In this document: positions 19,147 to 27,774 of the stretch, piece after piece
How the letters are laid out: each line of letters opens with the position of its first letter
Position numbering within the stretch: the stretch's first letter is position 1
Source: Chitinophagales bacterium
GTDB taxonomy: Bacteria; Bacteroidota; Bacteroidia; Chitinophagales; UBA8649
Reading direction: 5' to 3'
DNA length: 64,000 bases
Assembly (NCBI GenBank): GCA_049610685.1
Contig: JBMYZU010000007.1
Location: 10,954 to 74,953 of the forward strand
Notes under the pieces: model-generated
The model's database searches: none
The model's input: the letters and a program-made list of their open reading frames with translations, nothing else
Told to the model about the DNA's origin: nothing
Program-made: the position numbers and the translations under genes

Positions 19147-19911
19147 ATGGATATTCTCCAACATCTCCCTACCCTCTTTATGCTTGTGTTGTTGCAAGCG
19201 ATTCTTGGTATAGATAACCTACTATACATTTCCATTGAATCTAAAAAAGTTGAGCTCACACAACAAAGACGCATTCGTCAATACGGAATTTTTTTGGCTA
19301 TGATTCTTCGCATTGCTCTTCTTTTTATTGTGGTTCAAACCCTTCCCTTACTTCAAGAAGAAGTTTTTTCCTTTGGTAATCCGGCGTTCATCGATGGTCA
19401 TTTCTCTATTCATGCTTTAACTGTATTATTCGGTGGAGGTTTTATCCTATATACGGCCGTCAAAGAGATCTGGCACATTATCACCTTTGATGGAGAAGAA
19501 GAAGCATTATCGAAAGGTACGCAGTCATTTGCCCATACTTTAGCGCTGATTGTTGTGATGAATCTTGTGTTTTCTGTGGACTCCATTCTTACCGCCATTT
19601 CACTCACTGAAGTACTTTGGGTAATGATAATCGCCATTTTGATAGGCGGACTTATCATGATCGTCCTTGCTGACAAAGTATCTGAATTCTTGAAGAGAAA
19701 TCGTGTTTATGAAGTTCTTGGATTATTTATCCTCTTTATCGTCGGTATTATGTTACTCAGCGAGGGTGCGCATCTTGGCCATATGCACCTAGCTGGCGAA
19801 CCAATACAAGCAATGCCTATATCGACATTTTACTTTGTAGTAATCATTTTGATCGGAATTGACATCATTCAGACGCGTTATCAACGAAATCTTTCCAAGG
19901 CCAAACATTGA
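19147..19911 (+). CDS. TerC family integral membrane protein
   Basis: LQAILGIDNLLYISI, MNLVFSVDSILTA, multiple TM helices. Confidence 0.9.
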   Translation: MDILQHLPTLFMLVLLQAILGIDNLLYISIESKKVELTQQRRIRQYGIFLAMILRIALLFIVVQTLPLLQEEVFSFGNPAFIDGHFSIHALTVLFGGGFILYTAVKEIWHIITFDGEEEALSKGTQSFAHTLALIVVMNLVFSVDSILTAISLTEVLWVMIIAILIGGLIMIVLADKVSEFLKRNRVYEVLGLFILFIVGIMLLSEGAHLGHMHLAGEPIQAMPISTFYFVVIILIGIDIIQTRYQRNLSKAKH

Positions 19912-19964
19912 TAACTCTCTGCAGAGCTATACCATAAATCTAGAACGTCCTTATTATCTTTCGA

Positions 19965-22900
19965 ATGCAAAAAATAGCTGCTATGAATAACTTTCTCTCC
20001 AGATTCATCCTTTCCATTAGTTTATTCCTTTCCGTCGATTACGCCTCCGGTCAAACCTTTCTTTTTCAAGAGAGTTTTGATGAAGCCAATGGAAGCAATA
20101 TAGGAGTTGATAACACAGCAAACAATGTCGAGTGGAACTCTACCTGCCCATTTGCTAATGATGCTCAAGACTATTTTAATGTTCGCAATGGTAAGCTTGA
20201 AGGTCGAGATACCAATGGAGAGGCTGTATTCACAACCGATCCAATTGATATTTCTGTAGCTCCTCAAGGCGTAATATTGCGGGCTACCTTTAGTGAGTCT
20301 GGAGATATGGAAGATTGTACCCCAGGTTGTGAGTTTACATGTCTCGATTGGGTTCGATTTGAATGGCGTGTAGATGGCGGCCCTTGGACCTTGCACCCAG
20401 CATCTATTGCTTGTAGCAACCCTTCTGCAGGTAGTTCCTACATTCTCATCGGGAATATGACACAAGCTCAGGAGACCTTTACCTCGGGTTGTATTACTGG
20501 AGATTCATTAGAGATTCGAATTGCTGTTGCGAATTGGGCTGCCAATGAATATTGGAGAATCGACGATGTCGAAGTGTTTACCGAACCAACCACAGGCCAA
20601 GACTCTACATTGAATACTTGTGATTCCGCCCCGTTTGACTTGTTTTTTGCCCTTGGGTCTAATCCTTTTCCCACTACAAGCGGTGTGTGGTCAGGCCCCT
20701 CAGCGCTAAGCAATGGTTTTATAGGAACCTTTACTCCTGGAGTCAATATAAGCGGTGTATATACATACTCACTTCCAAGTAACCTCTGCCCTACTTCGAC
20801 GGATATCACGGTAAACAGCATTACTTCAATTGAAGATTCAACAACACTTACGGCATGTGACTCTGTTCAAGTTGGAGGTGTATGGTATTCTAGCGATACC
20901 ACGTTGATTGACTCCTTTGTTACAGCCTCTGGATGTGATAGTATAGTAACTGTTGAGGTGTTTATTCAATCCACCCTTGTTGGGAACGACACCATAAATG
21001 GATGTGACTCTATTTTGTTTGATGGTCAATATTATTACAGCGATACCGTAGTAAACAACATCATTCCAGTGGGTGCTGGATGCGATAGTGTTGTTGCTGT
21101 TGCCTTGGTTTTTGGCGGAAGCTCAGCTCCAACGGCGATCTGTCAAGGAGCGCCACTTTATTTAAACAGCAGTGGATTTGGCGTACTTGACGCATCTCTT
21201 GTCAACAATGGATCGTTTGATGATTGCAGCATTGACACCTTACTTCTTGATCGAGATACTTTTTATTGCAGTGATGTCAGTCTTTCTCCACTAACTGTAA
21301 ATCTAACAGTAGTTGATGGAGGAGGTAGCAGCAGTACATGTTCTGCTCTTGTAAGCGTGATCGATACCATTACCCCTACTGCTTTATGTCGAGATACAAC
21401 AATTTATGTGGATTCATTTGGCCAAGTAAGCCTCACAGCCAATGAACTTGATGCGGGTTCTTTTAGCAACTGTTTACCGCTAACAACAAGTTTATCGCAA
21501 ACCAACTTTAACTGTGCAGTCTCCAACTCGGATGTAGTCACGCTTACCGTGATCGATGCTAATGGCAATCAAAGTACTTGTAATTCAACGGTAACCTTAA
21601 TCGATACAATTGCGCCTGTGCTGTTTTGCGAGGATGTTACCTTATTCCTTGATGGATCTGGAAATCTAAGCACTACTCCCTCTACCTTCGCACCTTTTGC
21701 TTTGGATAATTGCAATGGCTCAGCCATTAATCTTAGTGCGAGTCAAACGCAGTTTAGCTGTGCCGATTTATCTCAAATCCTTCCATTACCTCCAACAACC
21801 TTCCTTTGGATCAATGAATTTCACTATGATAATACGGGTTCTGACCAAGGAGAGTTTATTGAGATTGCAGGAACAGCCAATACAGACCTTACCGGGTACA
21901 GCCTAGTATTGTATAACGGCAGTAATGGGACAGTATACGACTCGCAAGTCCTAAGTGGCAGTTTATCTGATGATGGTAATGGATTTGGCTTCTTTGTAGT
22001 CAACTATCCACCCAACGGCATTCAGAATGGTCCGGATGCTATTGCGTTAATTGACCCGACGGGCACACCGGTTGAGTTTTTTGCCTATGAAGGAAGTTTT
22101 ACTGCGACTGATGGACCACTACTAGGCGTTACATTTCCTGACTATGGTTTAGAGGAAACGGGATCTACTCCGGTTGGCTTCAGTTTGCAACGCTATGGTA
22201 TAGGTGCTCAGTCATTTGATTTTTTGCTAGACACTATTGCGTTAGCGACTCCTGGAGCGGCCAATGTGAATCAAGTTTTCTTGGATTTCATCTTAGTACC
22301 AAGTCAAGTCATCGTCAACGCCAGTGATTCAGCAGGAAATCTATCAACTTGTGCAGTTAATGTAACGGTAATCGATGCCGTAGCACCTATTATTGAGTGT
22401 GCGAATGACACTGCTGTCGATAATGTAGCAGGCTTATGTGGCGCCACAGTAACCTACCCTCCTCTAAACTTTACGGATAACTGCGGTGCAACGATTGCTC
22501 AAGTTGGAGGGTTAGGCTCTGGTTCTTTCTTCCCCGTGGGCAATACAGTGGAAACTTATGTGGCTATTGACAGTTTTGGCAATACCGACACCTGTTCGTT
22601 TACTATTACAGTGAATGAAACTTCTCAGATTGTTGACACCTTCTCCTTTGCAGGTTGTGACTCCGTTGAGGTCAATGGGGTTTTCTACACGAGTTCTACC
22701 GTGTTTACTGAAGATTTTACCACAGTCAACGGATGTGATAGCGTGGAAGTATATATAGTTGATGTATATCCTTCGTACAATGAAGTAAACAGCTTCACAG
22801 GGTGTGGAAGCGTTACCTATGATGGTGTTACTTACCTGACTGACACTTCCTTTATCGAAACTTTCCAGACAGGATTTGGATGCGATAGCATTGTAACTAC

Positions 22901-23816
22901 CGTAATTGATGTTGTAGAAGCTTACCAAGTTGATCTTGCACCAATCTCTGCCTGTCCACCTTTCACATGGCAAGGACAAGTCATCACACAAAGTGGTTTA
23001 TACACAGACACTTTACAGTCTTCTGGTGGATGCGATAGCGTCATACGATTGGCTGTGACTATAACTGCAAATCCTACTGTATCCATTAGTATTGACAGTG
23101 CGATTAGTTGTAACGGTGATAATGATGGCGAGCTTTCGGCTGTGATTAGTGGTGGAACACCTCCTTATGTTGCCGACTGGTCTATCGATGGAAGTGGTGA
23201 TTTTGATGATGGCATAATTCAAGTAAATGTCGGCCAGGGATCCTATAGTGTTCAAATTCAAGATGCAGAAGGATGCCTTTCCAATACGACCTCTATTGTA
23301 TTTGAAGAACCTGAAGAAATTACGGTTTTTGCAACGGCCTATCCCGAGCTAGAGGGTAGTTCGATTGATATCACTATTCTTGGAGGAAGTCCGCCTTTCT
23401 CCTTTGATTGGAACAATGATGGTATTGGGGATAATGATGATCCAGAAGATTTAGTCTTAGCCTCTCCCAACACGTACTCTGTAATTGTCACGGATGCTAA
23501 CGGATGTAATGCCTTCTTTAGCGATAGCATTGTGCTTGGAGGCTACCCTACATCAATCATTCATGTTGATGGTCTTGAGGTATCACTCTTCCCCAACCCA
23601 ACCAATGGCATGGTCAATGTGGTCTATCAGCCAGTGAATAGCGAGGATATGTTCTTAGAAATCCTAGATATTCAGGGCAGACTAATACAGTCCAAGCGAT
23701 TAAATCAAGGGGGAATGGTTCAATTTGATCTAAGTCACTTACCAGATGGAACTTATCTCGCCCGATTTAGTCAACAACACTTAATGAAGGAGGTTACTAT
23801 CATCAAAGCGGAATAG
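19965..23816 (+). CDS. Large T9SS-secreted adhesin-like mosaic protein (GCDS repeats, HYR-like repeats, lamin-tail-like domain, SprB-type repeats)
   Basis: Signal peptide; repeated GCDS units; D.GN.STC...V...D..AP repeats; WINEFHYDNTGSDQGEFIEIAG; SC.G..DG...SGGTPPY; C-terminal LFPNPT...DIQGR...LPDGTY. Confidence 0.85.
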   Translation: MQKIAAMNNFLSRFILSISLFLSVDYASGQTFLFQESFDEANGSNIGVDNTANNVEWNSTCPFANDAQDYFNVRNGKLEGRDTNGEAVFTTDPIDISVAPQGVILRATFSESGDMEDCTPGCEFTCLDWVRFEWRVDGGPWTLHPASIACSNPSAGSSYILIGNMTQAQETFTSGCITGDSLEIRIAVANWAANEYWRIDDVEVFTEPTTGQDSTLNTCDSAPFDLFFALGSNPFPTTSGVWSGPSALSNGFIGTFTPGVNISGVYTYSLPSNLCPTSTDITVNSITSIEDSTTLTACDSVQVGGVWYSSDTTLIDSFVTASGCDSIVTVEVFIQSTLVGNDTINGCDSILFDGQYYYSDTVVNNIIPVGAGCDSVVAVALVFGGSSAPTAICQGAPLYLNSSGFGVLDASLVNNGSFDDCSIDTLLLDRDTFYCSDVSLSPLTVNLTVVDGGGSSSTCSALVSVIDTITPTALCRDTTIYVDSFGQVSLTANELDAGSFSNCLPLTTSLSQTNFNCAVSNSDVVTLTVIDANGNQSTCNSTVTLIDTIAPVLFCEDVTLFLDGSGNLSTTPSTFAPFALDNCNGSAINLSASQTQFSCADLSQILPLPPTTFLWINEFHYDNTGSDQGEFIEIAGTANTDLTGYSLVLYNGSNGTVYDSQVLSGSLSDDGNGFGFFVVNYPPNGIQNGPDAIALIDPTGTPVEFFAYEGSFTATDGPLLGVTFPDYGLEETGSTPVGFSLQRYGIGAQSFDFLLDTIALATPGAANVNQVFLDFILVPSQVIVNASDSAGNLSTCAVNVTVIDAVAPIIECANDTAVDNVAGLCGATVTYPPLNFTDNCGATIAQVGGLGSGSFFPVGNTVETYVAIDSFGNTDTCSFTITVNETSQIVDTFSFAGCDSVEVNGVFYTSSTVFTEDFTTVNGCDSVEVYIVDVYPSYNEVNSFTGCGSVTYDGVTYLTDTSFIETFQTGFGCDSIVTTVIDVVEAYQVDLAPISACPPFTWQGQVITQSGLYTDTLQSSGGCDSVIRLAVTITANPTVSISIDSAISCNGDNDGELSAVISGGTPPYVADWSIDGSGDFDDGIIQVNVGQGSYSVQIQDAEGCLSNTTSIVFEEPEEITVFATAYPELEGSSIDITILGGSPPFSFDWNNDGIGDNDDPEDLVLASPNTYSVIVTDANGCNAFFSDSIVLGGYPTSIIHVDGLEVSLFPNPTNGMVNVVYQPVNSEDMFLEILDIQGRLIQSKRLNQGGMVQFDLSHLPDGTYLARFSQQHLMKEVTIIKAE

Positions 23817-23840
23817 TTATTAACGCCTTCAATTTTTCTG

Positions 23841-23875
23841 AAAGACGCATCTCCTTTGGATTTGCGTCTTTTTTT
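23841..23875 (+). terminator. Intrinsic terminator
   Basis: AAAGACGCA...TGCGTCTTTTTTT hairpin plus U-tract after the T9SS gene. Confidence 0.75.
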
Positions 23876-23929
23876 GTTTGATGGTAAAGTGGTGATGGCA
23901 TTTAAGATGCTATATTTTGAACGCCAAGA

Positions 23930-23987
23930 CCCACATTCCACCCCCACCCTACGGGCAAAATACGATCACCAAAAAGTGTGCCGCTGA
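23930..23987 (+). repeat. 58-bp C-rich dispersed intergenic element, copy A
   Basis: 48/58 identical to 36789..36846. Confidence 0.8.
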
Positions 23988-24091
23988 ACAAATGATTATT
24001 CAGTAAAATCAAGTTCCAATAAGAGAATCCCCAACGACTATTCAGGAATTCCTAGAAAGCCTCCGATGTACAAAAATTAATTCCTATACCC

Positions 24092-24679
24092 CTACCTCCT
24101 TCCTATCACAAATACTTCTCTCCCCTTCCGAGGCTCAATAGAAATCGGATTTTCATCGACAACTAACTCCTTAAACACTCCTTTAAATAGATCAATGTAT
24201 TCATCAATGCTTCCTCCAAAAGGAGGTCCTTCACCATCAAACTGTGTATTAAACAAGATAGCAGCCCATTGCCCATTCTCTGCAAGCAAATTGTCGATAG
24301 CCAGAACGTACTGCTCTCGTAATGAAGGGTCAATCGCGCAGAAAAAGGTTTGTTCTACGATTACATCATACTGACCTGAATGCTCAAAGAAGTCGCCTAC
24401 ATGGCAATGAGCCTTCGGAAAAGTTGGCAATCTCTGCTGAAAAGAATCAATCGCCGAGGATGACCAATCCAATATATGAACGTCCTGAAAACCAGCGCGG
24501 TGAAGATATTCTACTTCATGCCCTAAGCCAGCTCCTGGAACCAGAATCCGCTTTCCTTTGTCGATTGCTGTGGAGTCCTTGAAGTATGCTTTCCATTGAG
24601 GAACTACATCGCCAACGTCCCATCCAGTATTCTTGTCAACATAGCGTTGTTCCCAATATTTTGCTGAAAGCTGAGTCAT
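24092..24679 (-). CDS. Thiopurine S-methyltransferase-like SAM-dependent methyltransferase
   Basis: YWEQRY...TGWDVG, ILVPGAGLGHE, GDFF, EQTFFCAIDP, GPPFG. Confidence 0.9.
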   Translation of the reverse strand: MTQLSAKYWEQRYVDKNTGWDVGDVVPQWKAYFKDSTAIDKGKRILVPGAGLGHEVEYLHRAGFQDVHILDWSSSAIDSFQQRLPTFPKAHCHVGDFFEHSGQYDVIVEQTFFCAIDPSLREQYVLAIDNLLAENGQWAAILFNTQFDGEGPPFGGSIDEYIDLFKGVFKELVVDENPISIEPRKGREVFVIGRR

Positions 24680-24735
24680 AGAGAATAGAGGTTTATAGAT
24701 TTACGTTACTCAAGGGTATAAAACTAATTGAAACT

Positions 24736-25671
24736 ATGGCTAAAAAGGATAATAACATACCATTGCTTCTGCTCGTCCTTCTTTTACTTGGTACAACAGT
24801 AGGTGCCTCTTACATGTGGTTTACAGAAAGGGAGTCTCGCCAAGATTGCAAAGAAACCGTAACTAGCAACGAAGAAGATATCGATGCGCTGCTGTTTGAG
24901 TTAACCTCCCTAGATGTGGCCTATGACAGTGTGGAATACCTTGCAACAGCTCTTGGCATTGATAACAAGGCAATGGGCAGCAGTATTGATTCCCTAAAGA
25001 CTGAACTCATGGCCGCCATCCAGAAAGGACAAATCGACGAACAGACCATTCAGGCGCTACAGCGAAAAGTCAATAATCTAGTGGGTCAAAATCAGACGCT
25101 TACCCAAGAAGTTACGAGGGTCATGGCAGAAAAGGATAGTGTTGAATTGGCCAATATCAGTCTCCAAGAACAAAATCTGCGAATCAAATCAGAGTATGCT
25201 ACACTTGAAACAGATTTTAAAGACCAGCAGTCTGAAATGGAAAACCTGAATACCGAATACAACAACCTTGAAACGAAGTTTACTGAGGTTAATCGTATGA
25301 AGGCACAAGACCTAACGCTGTCCTTTCTCAATAAAAGAAGAAAGTCGACGAAGAAGCCGAAGTTTGTCGATTTCTTTAACGTATCCTTTAAAACAGGTGA
25401 AAACGACTTTCGACGGGGAGAAACATTGGACTACTATATTGTGATTCTTGAGAAGAATAGCAACAGAGTGATTCAATCCGTATCCTCAGGTACGGCCATC
25501 ATGAATGGAGGCAATACGGTGAACTACACCGCAAAGATCTCTCTCCGTTATGATGGAAGCAACAAGCCCATCACGATAGACATTCCAATTGACAGTGAGG
25601 TTGATGGAACCTATGAAGTCAGGGTGTATGTCGACAATGCGATGGTCGCTCGAAGTTTATCGTCAATTTAA
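24736..25671 (+). CDS. Membrane-anchored coiled-coil protein with C-terminal beta domain (paralogue 1)
   Basis: N-terminal TM helix, long heptad region, C-terminal beta-rich domain (FLNK...VSF...END...Y.IV...GTYEVRVYVD). Confidence 0.75.
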   Translation: MAKKDNNIPLLLLVLLLLGTTVGASYMWFTERESRQDCKETVTSNEEDIDALLFELTSLDVAYDSVEYLATALGIDNKAMGSSIDSLKTELMAAIQKGQIDEQTIQALQRKVNNLVGQNQTLTQEVTRVMAEKDSVELANISLQEQNLRIKSEYATLETDFKDQQSEMENLNTEYNNLETKFTEVNRMKAQDLTLSFLNKRRKSTKKPKFVDFFNVSFKTGENDFRRGETLDYYIVILEKNSNRVIQSVSSGTAIMNGGNTVNYTAKISLRYDGSNKPITIDIPIDSEVDGTYEVRVYVDNAMVARSLSSI

Positions 25672-25723
25672 GGTGCTTTTCTATTCTTGGCACAAATAAG
25701 GAACAAGCCAGGCTTTCTTGGCA

Positions 25724-25899
25724 ATGTTAAAAATGCTTTTAGTCTAGGAAGAGTGTGATTTTGTGTTTAGTTTAATGTCAAGCACAAATCGCAAAAATTT
25801 TTAAAATCATGGATTCTAAGACTAAAAAATCAATCCACCTTGCTTTAACTCTTTTCCTGCTTGGTACAAGCATAATTACTTCCTATATGTGGGTTTTTA
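25724..25899 (+). repeat. 176-bp direct repeat, copy 1 (upstream region plus first 30 codons of paralogue 2)
   Basis: 25743..25899 is identical to 26772..26928 except one synonymous ATA/ATT change. Confidence 0.95.
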
Positions 25900-26693
25900 G
25901 TAATCAAGAAAAGCAAGCCTGTAATGAAGAGTGTGCTCTATTGGAAAATGATCATGAAGAGGTCCTAGAAGAATTTGCTAAGCTTGATCGGCAATTAGAA
26001 GAACTCGATGTATCAAACGACTCATTGAAAAAGAAAAAAGAAGAAATCCAAAGGCAGCGTGATTCTCTCCAGCAGGCCTACGAGATTGCCTTGGATAAGG
26101 GCGAGGTAGATGCCAAGACAATTTCCTCTCTACGACGGGAAATTAAGTCGTTGGAAAACGATTATCAAGTGCTTCAGCTTGAGATTAAAAGATTAGAAGG
26201 CCAAGTTGAAACATTAGAAGGCGAAGTAAAAGTTGTAAGCGATATAAATAATGTGCTTCAAGGCGAAGTTAATGCAGCAAACAACAAAGCTGACTCCTTG
26301 CAAACTCAAGCAGATAAATTCGAAAGCCAACGTGATAAGGAACTCAGTAAACTCACCATAAAAAACATAGAGAAAAGGTTTCTTAATAAGCTGGGTAAGG
26401 AAATGAAGAATGATAGAAAAGACGTCCATACATTGATCGTAGAATGGGAAGTAGAAGAGAATGATGTACGAGAGGACGGAGTGGTGAATTTTCTGATTAT
26501 TGTGCGAGATAAGAGGACTAATACTGTTATCAATCAAGAGAGTTCACGCCCTATTGAATATTCCGATAATTTTCCAAAGACATTTACAGACGGGGCATTT
26601 AGCGGAAAACTAGAACAGCAGTTTGACGTATCAAGTTATGATCTCAAGCAAGACGACATCAAGGTAGAAATTAAGGTTAAAGAGGACTTGTAA
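25809..26693 (+). CDS. Membrane-anchored coiled-coil protein (paralogue 2)
   Basis: MDSKTKKSIHLALTLFLLGTSIITSYMWVF TM helix, coiled coil, FLNK.GK...ENDVR..G.V.F.I. Confidence 0.75.
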   Translation: MDSKTKKSIHLALTLFLLGTSIITSYMWVFSNQEKQACNEECALLENDHEEVLEEFAKLDRQLEELDVSNDSLKKKKEEIQRQRDSLQQAYEIALDKGEVDAKTISSLRREIKSLENDYQVLQLEIKRLEGQVETLEGEVKVVSDINNVLQGEVNAANNKADSLQTQADKFESQRDKELSKLTIKNIEKRFLNKLGKEMKNDRKDVHTLIVEWEVEENDVREDGVVNFLIIVRDKRTNTVINQESSRPIEYSDNFPKTFTDGAFSGKLEQQFDVSSYDLKQDDIKVEIKVKEDL

Positions 26694-26752
26694 GATCTTG
26701 TTCATTTTCATTCTACTGAAAAGAATCTTTGATATCTAAGCATTAAAGAATC

Positions 26753-26928
26753 ATGTTAAAAATGTCCTTAATCTAGGAAGAGTGTGATTTTGTGTTTAGT
26801 TTAATGTCAAGCACAAATCGCAAAAATTTTTAAAATCATGGATTCTAAGACTAAAAAATCAATCCACCTTGCTTTAACTCTTTTCCTGCTTGGTACAAGC
26901 ATTATTACTTCCTATATGTGGGTTTTTA
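26753..26928 (+). repeat. 176-bp direct repeat, copy 2 (upstream region plus first 30 codons of paralogue 3)
   Basis: Offset 1029 bp from copy 1. Confidence 0.95.
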
Positions 26929-27773
26929 ATCAGGAGGCTAAGGGAGAATGTGATGATGAAGTACAGGAGGTATCCGAAGAGAGAGATACTATTCTGTCTG
27001 AGTTTGCGGATTTGGAATATGAATTTGATAGTATTAGTGCCGAAGCTTACAAAAGCGGTATTGAAATTGACGAGTTAACAAGTGTTAGGGATTCATTGAG
27101 GCATGAGTTAGCTATGGCCATTGAGCAAAACAAGGATGACGAGGAAACCATTAAAGGAATTCGCGAAGAAATGAAATTGCTTCAAGATCGATATTTGGCC
27201 ATTGAAGATTCTGTGAATGTGTTAAAAGCGACCATTAAAAAACAAGAAGGTATAATCAAGACGCAAGAAACCACTATTGATGGTCAACAAACGATCATCA
27301 ATACGCAGGGCGAGATAATCACAGTTGCCGCTGATGAATTAGCAAAAGAAAAATTGGAAAATATAGAATTGCGAGAAGAAAATGAACGAGCAAAAAAACT
27401 TCAAATTCAGTCAGGAAGTCTCTTCTTCCTTAACAAGAATGGAAAGAGAATCACAGGGTTCAAGCCTACAAAATACGTCCAGGTTTCCTTTGAAGTTAGC
27501 GGTAATGATGTGCGATCCAAAGGTAATGTAACCTATTTTATAGCACTTAAAAATGCACAAGGGAATGTAGTTAAGTATGCAGGCTCTACTAGATGTTGCG
27601 GAGGAAAAACATTTTACTACAGTACAAAAGAAACTAAATACTTTAATAGAACAAAGCAAACAATCACAGTAGCTATACCGTATGAAGCATTGCAAGGAGA
27701 AAAGCTCTACGCCACGATTTTAGTTAACGAGGATAATCAAACATTTAGCACAGGAAGATTCAAAGCACCCTAA
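26838..27773 (+). CDS. Membrane-anchored coiled-coil protein (paralogue 3)
   Basis: Same first 30 aa as paralogue 2; I-x-x-Q heptads; FLNKNGK...VSFEV.GNDVR.KG.VTYFI. Confidence 0.75.
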   Translation: MDSKTKKSIHLALTLFLLGTSIITSYMWVFNQEAKGECDDEVQEVSEERDTILSEFADLEYEFDSISAEAYKSGIEIDELTSVRDSLRHELAMAIEQNKDDEETIKGIREEMKLLQDRYLAIEDSVNVLKATIKKQEGIIKTQETTIDGQQTIINTQGEIITVAADELAKEKLENIELREENERAKKLQIQSGSLFFLNKNGKRITGFKPTKYVQVSFEVSGNDVRSKGNVTYFIALKNAQGNVVKYAGSTRCCGGKTFYYSTKETKYFNRTKQTITVAIPYEALQGEKLYATILVNEDNQTFSTGRFKAP

Positions 27774-27774
27774 C

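Noticed and set aside
20840-23060. GCDS repeats as a CRISPR-like or DGR-like repeat array
   Set aside because: Repeats are at protein level inside one ORF with divergent DNA; no cas genes or reverse transcriptase in the window.
25724-26928. Invertible promoter or shufflon
   Set aside because: The repeats are in direct orientation and no site-specific recombinase is nearby.
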